In this document: one piece after another, positions 23,176 to 36,899 of the stretch | Layout: each line of letters starts with the position of its first letter | Numbering within the stretch: position 1 is the first letter of the stretch | Origin: Octopus vulgaris | Taxonomy: Eukaryota | Reading direction: 5' to 3' | Assembly (NCBI GenBank): GCA_951406725.2 | Contig: OX597822.1 | Location: 118,420,001 to 118,484,000, forward strand | DNA length: 64,000 nucleotides | Made by a program: the position numbers and the translations under genes | Notes under the pieces: model-generated | Told to the model about the DNA's origin: nothing | The model's input: the letters and a program-made list of their open reading frames with translations, nothing else | Database searches by the model: none

Positions 23176-23595
23176 AAGGCGGCGAGCTGGCAGAATCGTT
23201 AGCATGCCAGGCGAAATGCTTTGCGGTATTTCGTCTGCGACTACGTTCTGAATTCAAATTCCGCCGAGGTCAACTTTGCCTTTCATCCTTTCAGGGTCGA
23301 TTAAATAAGTACCAGTTACGCACTGGGGTTGATGTAATTGACTCAATCTGTTTGTCTGTCCTTGTTTGTCCCCTCTGTGTTTAGCCCCTTGTGGGTAGTA
23401 AAGAAATAGGTATTCTGTCTGCCGTTACGTTCTGAGTTCAAATTCCGCCGAGGTTAACTTTGCCTTTCATCCTTTCGGAGTCGATAAATTAAGTACCAGT
23501 TATGCACTGGGGTCGATATAATCGACTTAATCCGTGTGTCTGTTCTTGTTTGTCCCCTCTATGTTTAGCCCCTTGTGGGTAGTAAAGAAATAAGA
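23176..23595 (+). mobile_element. SINE family B dimer
   Basis: Same junction at ~23400-23413. Flanked by AAGGAAGC duplication. Confidence 0.85.
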
Positions 23596-23844
23596 AAGGA
23601 AGCTAGGTAACTGGTTTATTTTAGCAAGGGGAGAAGCAGTGAGGAAGTGGTTTGCCAATGAGGATCAGGGGCCATGAGCTGTTCCTGATTGCTGTGTATC
23701 AGGGGCATCACCATCATACAAACAGTGTTGTTCTTTTCTTGTCTTCTGTGAAGAACATGTGTCTGGTGTTAGAAATTCTGCCTCAACAAGTTAGGTCTCA
23801 CCTATGCAAGCATGAAAAAGTAGCTATTAAAGAATGATACATAA

Positions 23845-24080
23845 TTAGTTAGTTAGTTAGTTAGTTAGTTAATTTGGCTCAAAAGCAAATAGCAAGGCCA
23901 TGTAGGGGGACATGGAGTTAAGTACAGGGTGGTGTTCATGTAAAGAGTTCAGGCCACTTGAGGTCCAGGGAGGCTTTGAACAAAGCGGTCGTTGGCATCT
24001 TCACCATCTCGTCTGGTACAGTCATGGCTGAGTTGCTATGTTCACCATGCTGTACGTCTTCAACTGTAGCTTGGGCCAAT
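23845..24080 (-). mobile_element. CR1-like LINE 3' end with (TAAC)n tail
   Basis: VPDEMVKMPTTALFKASLDLKWPELFT on -, followed by a TAAC tandem tail. Confidence 0.6.
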
Positions 24081-24199
24081 GTTTGCCTTGCAAGGTGGAG
24101 TTGGTCGCTAGAAATGTCTGGAAATATGTTTGTGTGTATGCACACATGCTAAGCAAGTAATTACATTTGTCTTCTCATGACAACACTGAACTAATAATA

Positions 24200-24544
24200 C
24201 CGTAAATCCTCGAGTATAATCCGCATTTTCCCCCCAATATTTAAAGGTCAAAATCCCTAGTGCGTACTATATACGAGGTTAAAAATGAAAATTATTTTCT
24301 AAGCAATGTCCGAGTCTCTATTTGCTGTCTGGCAATGTTTATTCAGGCATTTTGTGATGTCGGGCACGAAAATACCTAAAATCATCCATAACTTGCAGTA
24401 AGCAACATTTATTAAACGTTATTACTGTTATTTCTTTATTTTCTGCAAACAAAATGCACAAAAAAGCTATACGTTTGCATTATGTTATATATACAATCCC
24501 CTGCATATTATACTCAAGGGCGGACTATACTCAAGGATTTACAG
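24200..24544. mobile_element. Tc1/mariner-superfamily MITE (TA TSD)
   Basis: TA|CCGTAAATCCTCGAGTATA ... TATACTCAAGGATTTACAG|TA. A longer, inverted copy lies at 61538-62050. Confidence 0.85.
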
Positions 24545-24879
24545 TAGCCCCGATCTCTGTTACTCTGGAAGGCAAGTGGAATAAAATATCTCTTACTTAA
24601 AAACAATCCTGAGTTAGTGACAGGAAGGTTTTCTGACTACAAAACAATGCCTCAATTATATGTATTCATCCAACCCATGCTGGCATAGAAAAACAGATGT
24701 AAAACAAACGGTTATACTTCTAATCTTGTTCAGGTTCACTTTGTCTTTTGTCAGCTTATAAAATATTGTACATGAATGTACCGCAGAAGGTAGCCAGCCC
24801 TATAATTGAATAGAGAATAGAACACACATGCGTTATGTACATACAGAGGTGTGTGTGTATGAGTAGCAAAAAGAAAACT

Positions 24880-24912
<33 letters not shown>

Positions 24913-25243
24913 AAAGACATTAATGTTTATTCTTTATGTTGTCTGCTGAAATCGATACAGCAGCAATAATAATAAATATTTCTTATAACAGATAGTGTTT
25001 GTATTTCTTATTTGCAACATTTGCAAATGTCACCTCATTTGTATATGTGATCTGTCTGTGCTGATTGTGTGACAGATCACCATGGAAAGCTGGGGCTTGA
25101 TTGATTATTGATATGTATGTAGTGAAGGATCTCAAGTGTCAACAATTTCTTTTCAGTTTTCTTTTCAAAACCTACATTTTTTAAAAACTATATATATCCA
25201 TCATTATCATCATTTAACATCTGTTTTCCATGGTAGCATGGGT

Positions 25244-25290
<47 letters not shown>

Positions 25291-25545
25291 CAATAATAAT
25301 TCTCTAAATGAGATATAGACAGTAACTGCTCCATAACATAAGGGACTAAAGCCATCTGAATATGGCTAGGGACAGGGCAGGGTGGTGGGGGTGTTACTGT
25401 TGCATTTAGCCCCAGGCGAACATCAACGTCGCCAGATAGGCTTGACACCATTACGGCGTCCTCTATCCTGCAAAGGGAGATAATTCCCCGATGAAGCGGA
25501 AACCACACACAGACCTAGGTTTCAAGGTGTTATATATTATATATA

Positions 25546-26360
25546 ATCATCATCATCGTTTAACGTCCGTTTTCCATGCTAGCATGGGTTCAACGGTTCG
25601 ACCGGAGTCTGGGAAGCCAGGAGGCTACCAGGCTCCAGTCTTATCTGGCAGTGTTTCTACAGCTGGATGCCCTTCTTAACACCAACCACCCCATGAGTAT
25701 AGTTGGTGCTTTTTACGTGCAAGGGGAGGCTGGCAGCGGCCACGATCAGTTGATTCATTTTACGTGCCACCAGCACGGAAGCCAGTCGAGGCGGCGCTGG
25801 CATCAGCCACATTCGGATGGTGCTTTTTATGTGCCACCAGCACAGGTATCACAACTGTAATTTCCATTTGATATTTATTTTGATGTTGATGTACTTGACT
25901 CAATAGGTCTCGTCAAGCACAGTAGGCCACCCTACAAGATAAGCACAACAGGCCATCCTGTGATCCAAGGTACTTTGGATGGGCTGGGGCTGCTACGTGA
26001 AGCTGGTGCAGGAGACAGCCATGAACTCACATTATTTGTCGAGTCTTCGCAGTCACAACATATCCCCAGAGATCTCGGTATTTCGTCATTTCTTCTGTGA
26101 GGCCCAACGTTCGAAGGTCATGCTTGACCACCTCATCCCATGTCATCCTGGGTCTACCTCTACCCCGGATTCCTTCAACTGTTTGGGAGTGGCATTTCTT
26201 CACACATCTCTCCTCATCCATCTGTTGTACATGACCATACCAGCACAAACATCTCTCTTGCACGCCACATCCAATGCTTCTTATGTCCAGCATTTCTCTC
26301 AGGGCACTTACACTCTGTCATGTGTGCACACTGACATTACACATCCAGCGGATCATGCTA
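25546..26360 (-). mobile_element. RTE LINE 3' portion (RT C-terminus + long 3' UTR + (TGA)n tail)
   Basis: ORF 26027-26293: WYGHVQQMDEERCVKK...EGIRGRGRPRMTWDEVVKHDL. Confidence 0.9.
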
Positions 26361-26363
26361 GCT

Positions 26364-26395
<32 letters not shown>

Positions 26396-27122
26396 ATGAG
26401 TGTGTTCACCTGTTTGTCATTTGTCTTCTTGCTTATATACTCATCTGTTTGTGTGCATATACAGTGTAGGTGCAGGTGTGGCTGAGTGTTAAGAAGCTTG
26501 CTTCCCAACCACATGGTTCCAGGTTCAGTGCCACTGCATGGCACCTTGAGCAAGTGTAGCCTTGGACTGAATAAAGCTTTGTGGGTGAATTTGGTACACA
26601 AAAACTGAAAGAAGCCTGTCATATATATATGTGTTTTTATGTATATCTATGTGTGTGTTTCTTATTTCTTTACTGCCCACAAGGGGCTACAAACAGGGGA
26701 CAAACAATGCCAGACAAATGAATTAAGTCGATTATATCGACCCCAATCTGTAACTGGTACTTATTTAATCGACCCCGAAAGGATGAAAGGCAAAGTCGAC
26801 CTTGGCAGTATTTGAACTCAGAACGTAGTGGCAGACGAAATACCGCTAAGCATTTCGCCTGGTGTGCTAACATTTCTGCCAGCTCGTCACCTATGTGTGT
26901 GTTTCTGTCTGTTTCTCCCCACCACCACCACCACCACCATTGCTTGATAACTGGTGTTGCTTTGTTTGCATCCCCATAACTTAACAGTTTGGCAAAAGAG
27001 ACCAATAGAATAAAAAAAACAAATATTGGGGTTGATTCTTTCAACTAAAAAAAATCAAGGTGATACCCCAGCATGGCCACAGTCAAATGACTGAAACAAG
27101 TAAAAGATAAAAGATATCTATA

Positions 27123-27273
27123 TATTTTGCAGGCAAGAAAATAAATTTTGAACGCAATAAAGCTGTAAGGACAGCAGAGAAAGATTGGATATTCACCCTA
27201 ATAAGACGGAACCATTCTCTGCTGTCCTTACAGATTTACTGCATTCGAAATTGACTTTCTACTCTGCAAAATA
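27123..27273. repeat. Inverted repeat / hairpin (~60-bp arms)
   Basis: CTGTAAGGACAGCAGAGAA vs TTCTCTGCTGTCCTTACAG, with flanking complementarity to TATTTTGCAG / CTGCAAAATA. Confidence 0.85.
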
Positions 27274-27343
27274 CCAACCACATTTGACGCTAACAGAGTT
27301 TGTTTAATAATGATTTCATCTGAGTAGCCACACCCAACTTGGT

Positions 27344-27735
27344 ATACTCTTTACTCTTTTACTTGTTTCAGTCATTTGACTGCGGCCATGCTGGAGCACC
27401 GCCTTTAGTCGAGCATATCGACCCCGGGACTTATTCGTTGTAAGCCCAGTACTTGTTCTATCGGTCTCTTTTGCCGAACTGCTAAGTAACGGGGACATAA
27501 ACACACCAGCATCGGTTGTCAAGCAATGCTAGGGGGACAAACTCACACACACACACATATATACATATATACGACAGGCTTCTTTCAGTTTCCGTCTACC
27601 AAATCCACTCACAAGGCATTGGTCGGCCCGGGGCTATAGCAGAAGACACTTGCCCAAGATGCCACGCAGTGGGACTGAACCCGGAACTATGTGGTTGGTT
27701 AGCAAGCTACTTACCACACAGCCACTCCTGCGCCT
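27344..27735 (-). mobile_element. SINE family A, full length
   Basis: High identity to the other copies. Confidence 0.9.
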
Positions 27736-28049
27736 ATATTTACGAATCTCAGATAATTCAAGTTCTTTCAGCAAATTCATTTTATATGGAAAACGGACAC
27801 TAAACGATGATGATGAGGATGTGACTCTGATGAGTCTGATTCAACACGTGTCGTTTCAATGGTACTTGGAGAGTAATCAATAGTTGCATATATTTTTGCA
27901 TAATATGGCAAGATTGAGTTCAGATGAAACAATTGTAATTTGATCTATTAAAAATACTTGCTCACACCATTTTCTTGTTTGTTATGTATGTATGTATATA
28001 TATATATACATATATATATACATATATATATACATATATATATACATAT

Positions 28050-28262
28050 ATACTTTTTCACTTGTTTCAGTCATTTGACTGGCCATGCTGGAGCACCGCC
28101 TTTAGTCGACCAAATCGACGCCAGGACTTATTCTTTGTAAGCCTAGTACTTTATTGGTCTCTTTTGCCAAACCGCTAAATTACAGGGACGTAAACACACC
28201 AGCATTGGTTGTCAAGCGATGTGGGGGGGGGACAAACACAGACACAGAAACATATACACACT

Positions 28263-28305
<43 letters not shown>

Positions 28306-28632
28306 TTAATACAAACATGAAGACACAACAACGCAAGGATGTGGAACAAGTATAGTGTTACTGGACGCTCAGTTTTGAGCGGAGCTCTTCGTCAGAAACA
28401 TAGGAAAAGGAAAGGTCCAAGGAAGGGAAGACGGAGAAAGAAAATCACCAACGATATACACGCGGTCACATATATGACAGGTTTCTTTCAGTTTCCATCT
28501 ACCAAATCCACTGACAAGGCTTTGGTCGGCCCGAGGCTATAGTAGAAGACACTTGCCCTAAGTGCCATGCAGTGGGACTGAACCCGGAACCATGTGGTTC
28601 GTTAGCAAGCTACTTACCACACAGCCACTCCT
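28050..28632 (-). mobile_element. SINE family A with a hammerhead-bearing insert in its internal (TA)n
   Basis: Insert ~28303-28470 reads on - as CTGACGA-A-GAGC-tcc-GCTC-AAAAC. Confidence 0.75.
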
Positions 28633-28724
28633 ATGTGCACATGTTTCTGAACAAAGCATTTTTCAGGAATGGAGCAGTAATAAAAAAAAATTGAGATGAC
28701 AAAGGGATGTGCAATTATCTAATA

Positions 28725-29228
28725 GAGTTCATTAGCTTACTGCTGTTTCAGCTATAAAATGCAGTGGACTCAAAGCTGGGTGCCTCAGTATCACCTTATG
28801 GCTTCATCAGAACCTCAAACATGAAGTGTAATTTATTTGGGGAAACAATTATCATTATGTATTACATGGAAAAATGCGAGTAAGAGAAATAATATTATTA
28901 GGATTATAAATCTGGAAAAGTGCAGGACAAGAACACTTTTACTTAAAGTATTGCAGCTAAGGATGAAATTTCAAATAAAATATTTAAATTTAGAAAATAT
29001 TTGCTTTTATTAAAACTAAAAATTTTGTTACAAGTTATTACTTCTCTTTGTTATTACTTGTTCTTTTAAAAATGAAAAATAGCTCAGTTAAAATATTTTA
29101 TCCTTAGCTGCAATATTTTTGAAGTAAAAATTTTCTTGTTTTGTACTTTACCAGATCTAATAACTTGTCCTGAACTTTTCCAGGTTTATAATCTTAATAT
29201 TTCTCTTGCTTGCATTTTTCCCTGTAAT
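28725..29228 (-). mobile_element. Penelope-like remnant: decayed hammerhead plus inverted repeat
   Basis: On -: CTGATGA-AGCCATAA...TTATAGCT-GAAAC (28745-28810). Imperfect inverted arms at 28860-28970 and 29090-29228. Confidence 0.5.
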
Positions 29229-31239
29229 TCATCTTTTTTCCTGGCTGTACTATTTTGCTAATTAATAATGTGTCAAATGCGTCAATTAGCAGTGTTGTTG
29301 AATATTTTATTCCTTACTCAATTATGCTGGTGACATATATCAAAGGTCCCCTAGAACTATATTACCACCCTCAAATTTGAGAAACAAAAACTCATAACTT
29401 TTTTCTTTTAAAACTTCATTGCATGAGATTGATACTTTGAAATTCCTCGAATTGAGCTCTATCATTTAAGCTTAATTAAAATATAGTTTGTTTTTAAAAT
29501 AAAAAAGTTAATTACACTAAAATCCAATGATTTACCTTCTTTATATTTTTTCATGAAATTTTACCTCACAACTTTTTTTATCCAAATTTTTGTTGCATAG
29601 GATCAAGACTATGAAATTCTTCACGCTTTCTTCTATCATTGAAGCTAAGATAAATATATTTTACTTTTAAAATAAAAAAGTTATTTAGATCTAAACTTGA
29701 TTGGTGGTGTTACTTACTCTCCTATAATGTCACTACAAATTTTGATGTAAGCTTTTATCTACTGGACCAAACTTCATTTTTTTATGCCAAAATGTAGCTA
29801 GGGACCAATCCTCTTCAAAAATATTAGCAGTTTTCAATTTGGTTAAGAACTGAATTAGCAACAAGCTCTGAAAGATGCTGCATGTGAATAAATTGCAACC
29901 TTAAGAATATTATTCAACTACTGCCATAGTTGAATGATATACAGAGAAAAGCTTTAGCAATGAGAAGACATTCGTATGTGGAGAAAGTTCACACTCAGAG
30001 TTAAGTAAGTACCAGTTTCGCACTGGGGTCGATGTAATTGACTTAATCCCTTCCCCAAAACTTGAGGCCTTGTGCTTCTAGTAGAAAGGATAGATGTACT
30101 AAGATGGAGAGAAATAGTAATAAGAACTAACAGTAAAAATTGTGTATATATATATACACACACACATATACACATACATACACAGTCCACCAAAAACAAA
30201 AATATATGCATACTTCAGGAAAGGAAAAATCTGTATAACTATTTAATTTGTCTAAGTACCTCTATAAATATAGACACCTCTTTCAATGTTTTATCAAATT
30301 GTGATGGCACTGAATAATAAAAATATTTATACAGATTTTTTCCTTTCTCGAAGTGTGTATAAATTTGGGGGGTAGATTCTGTGTATATATAATATATAAG
30401 AAAATATAGACAGGCACCTATTTAAGTAGATACAAGGACCAACTCAAAACAACATTGAAAGCCCCTGGACTTAAGCCTAAATCATTCGAAACACAATCCT
30501 GAGACCACACCAAGTGGTAGTGTTCCTTCACCATCAGAATGAAAAACTTTGACGCTACCAGAAGAGTAATAGAAGAAATCAAACAACAGGGCAGGAAGAC
30601 TCAACAAAATCAGCCCTGTCCTCCACCGACATTATAATGCAATCAACTCCTCTCTGCAAGAATTGGTCTATTTAGTCATCAACGCCATCGCCATGAAGGA
30701 AGTGTTCAGCAAAGAAGAAACTAAATTCTTGGATGTGAAATAAAGCTTTCGCTGATGATGGTGATATATATATATATATGTAATATACGCATATGTATAC
30801 CCATGCATACACATGTACACATACAAACGTGTGTAAGACTCATTCTGGCTATCTAATTTCTTTGTATATCTTTCCATCTGTATATTTTGTGACCATGTAT
30901 TTGTCTATATATCTAATTACCTATCTGTGTCTTCTATTTACTAATTGTTGTGTATCTATGTCTAACTTTATTACTATCTACAGCTGTCTATCGGTATGTC
31001 TGACGGCTATAGATAGATCAGCATTTCTATCTATTAATCTATATTTCTGTTTATTACTGTTTACTTTTGTGGTGGGAGTGAATTTGAGGGATAAAACTAG
31101 TATTAAGCCTTCAGAAAGTTAAAATAGAATTGAAATTAAAATAAATAGTAATTATTGTAAAGACAAAAAGGTGGGAGAAAACTACAAAGATTTGGTGGTT
31201 GTATGATAGAGATGGGTTGAGAAACATGGAGAGCAAAGC

Positions 31240-31778
31240 GTGAAAGAGTAAATGTGGAAATGAAAACTGGCATCTGTGCTAGCGGAGTGCAAAGAGCACC
31301 ATACGAGTGTGATAGTTTGACAGAGCGGCTAACCAGCTTCCGTGCCAGTGGCACATAAAAGGGCACCATTCAAGTGTGATCGTTACCAGCATCGCTTTAC
31401 TGGCACTCGAGCCCCGTGCTAGTAGGGTGCCAAGAACACCATCCTAGCATGATCGTTACCAGAGCGGCTATCTGGCTTCCGTGCCGGTGACACGTAAAAG
31501 ACACCATTTGAGCGTGATTGTTACCAGCATTGCCTTACTGGCACGTGTAAAAAGATTCGAGCGAGGTCATTGCCAGTACCGCCTGACTATGCCAGTGGCA
31601 CGTAAAAAGCACCCACTACACTCTCAGAGTGGTTGGCGTTAGGAAGGGCATCCAGCTGTAGAAACTCTGCCAGATCAAGATTGGAGCCTGGTGCAGCCAT
31701 CTGGTTCGCCAGCCCTCAGTCAAAATCGTCCAACCCATGCTAGCATGGAAAGTGGACGTTAAACGATGATGATGATGA
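31240..31778 (+). mobile_element. RTE 3' UTR subfamily with expanded internal minisatellite
   Basis: Repeated GGCAC(G)TAAAA/CACCAT..AGCGTGATCGTTACCAG units and a (TGA)n tail. Related copy at 58635-58948. Confidence 0.8.
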
Positions 31779-33514
31779 TAATCAAAATATGAGAATTGTC
31801 TTTATGTAGGTTCTCTTTGTTCCCAGAAACTGAGAGGAACCCCACCACACATCCATATTTATGATTATTATTTGCCACCTCACAGAGAAGATTTGTATAA
31901 CATTTATTTTGAGCAATAGCAGCCAGATCACCCTCAAAATACACCCTACTGTCAGACAGAGAGTTGAAATGTAGTAATAGTATGTCTTTCTTTCTCTCAG
32001 TCTCTCTTGCTCTCTCTCTCTCTTCCTGGAATATTGACTAGGGAGAGAGAGAGAGAAATTAGACATACACTTAGAGAGATACATAGATACAGCGAGTGGT
32101 ATGGAAGCAATGGTGATAAAATCTTCACTATATGTGTGTCATCAAATTTTGTTGCACACACACATATGCATATGTGTAAAGTGAGAGAGAGAGAGAGAGG
32201 AAGGATGATGAGCAATTGAGAACTAGCAGTGCTATTTTCTGTGATGTCAAACTCTGTTTTTCTTCTTTCATCTCTCTTTAATGGTAAAATATTATACATA
32301 CACTTCTCTCTCTCTCTCTCCTTCCTCTCTTTTTCTTTCAAATAGTGGGATAGAAAAAGAGAGTGACGCATGTGAAGAGAGAAATTAGGAGATGGATGTA
32401 GTTCAAAAACTGGATCAAAACAAAATCATCCATTGCAACATTCTTTGTATCAAGTGATTGCAGGTTCCACCCCCACACCTAAATTGAACAGTGTTGGAAA
32501 AGATTACATATTTATCTCTGTAGCAACATTAAATAATACACTGATTAACATTGATATAAGATTTGTTTCTAAATTATTAACGATGTCTATGTAGAGGTGT
32601 TCTAACGATTAGTTATCTATCCATCTACATATATCTGTTGATATATTCGATTCTTTATTGCCCACAAGGGGCTAAACATAGAGGGGACAAACAAGGATAG
32701 ACAAAGGGATTAAGTCGATTACATTGACCCCAGTACGTAACTAGTACTTATTTAATCGACCCCGAAAGGATGAAAGGCAAAGTCGACTTTGGCGGAATTT
32801 GAACTCAGAATGTAGCGGCAGACGAAATACTGCTAAGCATTTCGCTCGGCATGCTAACGTTTCTGCCAGCTCGCCACCTTATATCTGTTGATATATTTAC
32901 AGACAGTGAACCAAACTAGAACACAAAAGGACATGGTTCGTTGCAAATGCCTTGAGTGACCTTCCAAGAAACTTCACAGCTGATTTAATTCTCATTGGAA
33001 TGCTGTGTGGTTTTCACCCTCTGCAACTCATTTCTATTGTTTCAATTAATCCGGTGTTAATTTTCCATTACCACTCAAAGGACTTGGCCTGGGTTGATAA
33101 TATTTCACAAAAGAATAATTCTTTTTATCAGTTAATTGATGAACTTTTAACAAAGGTTACACAGATATCTGTTCAGAGGCACCAGCAGTAATATGTTGTG
33201 TTGGTTCAGTATGTTTGTTTTCTTTTCCTGAGATAGGTGTGTAAACTTGTGTGTGTATGTGTGTGTGTGTGAAATGAAGGTAGAGAGGTAGATGAGAAAT
33301 AGTAATAGGATGTTGAGCTGCACTAAAAATTTAGTAATGAAAAATCAACATAGGACACGGAAGTGGGTAATGGAAAAGGACATTTAGACATGGATTACCT
33401 CTCATCGGCCATGGTCATCAGAATCAGTGGTTTAAGCATTTTTAAAGTCTGAAAGCATAAAACTCCATGATACTTCTACTTTTCTGGTTGTACTGATGAT
33501 ACTTAATAGACAAT

Positions 33515-33920
33515 AGGCGCAGGAGTGGCTGTGTGGTAAGTAGCTTGCTAACCAACCACATGGTTCCGGGTTCAGTCCCACTGCGTGGCACCTTGGGCAA
33601 ATGTCTTCTACTATAGCCTCGAGCTGACCAATGCCTTGTGAGTGGATTTAGTAGATGGAAACTGAAAGAAGCCCGTATATGAAATGTATGTATATACGTG
33701 TGTGTGTTTGTGTGTCTGTGTTTGTCCCCCCAACATCGCTTGACAGCTGATGGTGGTGTGTGTACGTTCCCGTCACTTAGTGGTTCGGCAAAAGAGACTG
33801 ACAGAATAAGTACTAGGCTTTCAAAGAATAAGTCCTGGGGTCGATTTGGTCGACTAAAGGCGGTGCTCCAGCATGGCCGCAGTCACACGACTGAAACAAG
33901 TAAAAGAGAGTAAAAGAGAG
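33515..33920 (+). mobile_element. SINE family A, full length
   Basis: High identity to the other copies. Confidence 0.9.
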
Positions 33921-34604
33921 AGAGTATGTTTCTTACCGCTGAAACACGTTCTGTCAGAGAGTGTTCTGCTGCAAACCTACACCAGTGGACATGAGGAAAA
34001 TAAAAGAGGAATTTGGAAAGCATCTATAAAACTAGTTTTCAAACACAGAGTGGCCGTGGGAACCCACCAGAATAAAATTGTAATAATAAAGGGGTTCGTA
34101 GGTAAAAAGATGGTTGAGAACCAGTGCCTTACATAAATGAATTGAGTGTGTTATGAACAGACATTTGTCTGAAATAAGTTGTTCTCCCATGATGTAACAC
34201 AAGAGCAATTAACAAATTCACATTTTGGAATCTGCCAGGCCATATTTAGAAGGAATATGCAAGTCATGGTGTTGATTGCTGCTGTTCACAGTCCACATGG
34301 TTATTATCTGTAGGTCGCTATCAGTATGCATTAGCAGATAATTAGTTTGCTAAATGCTATAAACAAGAGTCATATGGTCTTGTTAGAGTCATTGTCCAGG
34401 GTGCCAATGACTGATGAGACACAACAATGTTGAACCATGGTCTACCTCAGAGTACCAGGCTTTGAACACATATTTGTCTGGAAGGAGAAGTTGGCCTCCT
34501 CTGAAGAAACAACAACAGTCAGCATATTCCTGTTTAAATCTGCTGAAATGTATTAAAGAATAAATATGCAAGTCATCATCATCGTTTTACTGTTGTTGTT
34601 GTTA

Positions 34605-34641
<37 letters not shown>

Positions 34642-35062
34642 GGCGGTGAGCTTCAGAATCATTGCCGCACCAGACAAAATGCTCAGAGGTGTTTTGCCTG
34701 TCTTAACATTCCAAGTTCAAATTCACTTGTAGGCTGTTGTCCTCTACATTCTAAGTCCTTTGCTTTGTAATACTCTTTTACTCTTTTACTTGTTTCAGTC
34801 ATTTGACTGTGGCCATGCTGGAGCACCGCCTTTAGTCGAGCAAATCGACCCCGGGACTTATTCTTTGTAAGCCTGGTACTTTATTGGTCTCTTTTGCCAA
34901 ACTGCTAAGTTACAGGGACGTAAACACACCAGCATCGGTTGTCAAGCGATGTTGGGGGGACAAACGCAGACACACAAACATATACACACACATACATATG
35001 TATATGCATATATACATATACTGGCTTCTTTCAGTTTCCGTCTACCAAATCCACTCACAAGG

Positions 35063-35820
35063 CATGAGGAACATGTTAAAATGGTTTTTGAGAAGATAAA
35101 GGAGTATGGATTCAAACTTAGCAAGGAAAATGTGAATTTTTCATGCCAGAAATAAAGTATTTTGGGCAAGTTATCGATAAAAATGGTCGCAGGCCACATC
35201 CTTCAAGATTGACGGTAATAAAAAAATATGCCTACCCCTAAAAGTATTACGTTACAAGCATTCTTAGGGCTTGTAAACTATTACCAAACATAAGTACCAA
35301 ACATGTATGAGCTAAGAGCACCCCTAAACACCTGTCTGACAGGTGTTAAAAAGCATTCAAAGAAATTTTTAAAGTTTTGACATCAGAACTGTCATTATTG
35401 TACTTTGATCCAAATTTAAAAATAGTAGTAGCATCAGATGCTAGTGGGAGCAGTATAGGAGCAGTAATTTTACACAAGTATGAAAATGGTTGTGTAAAAC
35501 CCATTGCTCATGCTTCACGTTCATTGTTGATAGCTGAAAAAAACTACAGCAAAATTCAGAAGCAGATATCGGCCAATATTTTTGTGGTGAAAAAATTTCA
35601 CAAATTCATACATGGAAAGAAATTCAGTCTGCAAACAGATCACTGCCCATTGTTATCAATTTACGGATCAAAAAAGGGTGACCCCACACATACAGCCAAC
35701 CAATTGCAGTGCTGGGGGATGATCCTGCTAAATCATGATTTTAAGATGGAATTTCTACCATTGGAAAAATTAGGACTTGCGGATGGGCTGTCCTGATTGA
35801 TTCCTAAGTACAATGAACTG
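35063..35820 (+). mobile_element. Gypsy/Ty3 pol remnant (RT end + RNase H)
   Basis: IKEYGFKLSKE, IKYFGQVID, FLGLVNYY, VVASDASGSSIGAVI, PIAHASRSL..AEKNYS, FSLQTDHCPL, ADGLS. Confidence 0.9.
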
Positions 35821-35832
35821 TCAGTGAGGGAC

Positions 35833-35976
35833 TGTGGTGTACTCAGACGCTTTGTGAAGACAGTCGTTGAGAAAAGATATTGTTTGTCACATGTTGTTTC
35901 TAATTTATATTTGTATTGTTATAAGTCCACATTATAAAGTGGCATACATACAGTGAGTTCAAAGTAGGACATAACA
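35833..35976 (+). mobile_element. Possible short 3' LTR
   Basis: Purine stretch GTGAGGGAC then TGT...ACA directly after the pol remnant. Confidence 0.35.
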
Positions 35977-35979
35977 GTG

Positions 35980-36895
35980 TCAAGGGGACACAACAGTGTT
36001 GTATTCACTTTCTGCTGAAAACACCTTAGAACTTTTTGCATTCAACCCTGCAGTGTGCGCTCTTGTGACCAAGTTTCTGACAACTATAGCACTTTTGGTC
36101 TTCAAACGAACACACTTTTCTGAAGTGTAGGTCTCCATATCCATAACATGGATTAGGGCCTGGCACTCTTTTTTGGTTGTACTTTCCAGGTTGATACATC
36201 TATATTTTTGCAGAATCTTTCTATTGAATTTTTTCGCGTTGTGCTTCAGGTTTACCATTGTTTAACATTCTTCTGCTATGGTTTGTAGTGTTAAGTCTTG
36301 TTTTTTTTTTTTGCTCCATTTTTAAGAAAATCCTTGCCCAAATTTCTGTATCTTTGGTTGCTGTTAGGCCTTGTATGAAGATAAGGGATTTAAACATATC
36401 CTGAGTGAGTTCCTGAAGTTTAAAGTTTTCACACATACGGTTGACTACCCCAGTGTAGTCATCATTGTCTTTTTTTGGTTAAGTTCCAACATTCCATTAA
36501 ATACTGAACTTTTGTCACAAAAGATCTTTGAGAGTAATTCAGTAGTTTCTTGGAAAGAAATCTCACTCAACTTTTTGGGCAATATAAAGTTACAGTAGCG
36601 TTCATGCTCAGCTGGAGCTACCTTGCATTGTAATAGCCTCGCTTCCTCCTCACCTGACCATGATTGCAATCTTTGTTGAAAATTTCCTCATACCTTCTAC
36701 AGTACGCAGGGAACGTAATACCCTCCATCAGATTATAAGTGAATTCAAACATTGAGTTCGCCACACCATCTGGTGTAAATGAACTTACCAAATTTTCGGA
36801 CTTCATTGACTGTAAATCTACTGTTGTTGTAATATTTGCTTCTACAATTCCTGTAGTTGTTCCTGTTGCTTCTCTTGAAGCTGTATTACTGCAGC
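35980..36895 (-). mobile_element. Gypsy gag remnant (opposite orientation to the adjacent pol)
   Basis: FPAYCRRYEEIF, EHERYCNFILPKK, CENFKLQELTQDMFKSLIFIQGL, and zinc knuckle CYSCQKLGHKSAHC in broken frames. Confidence 0.8.
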
Positions 36896-36899
36896 TAAT

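Noticed and set aside
27820-27880. CTGATGAGTC hammerhead-like start
   Set aside because: No matching stem II/GAAA geometry on the same strand.
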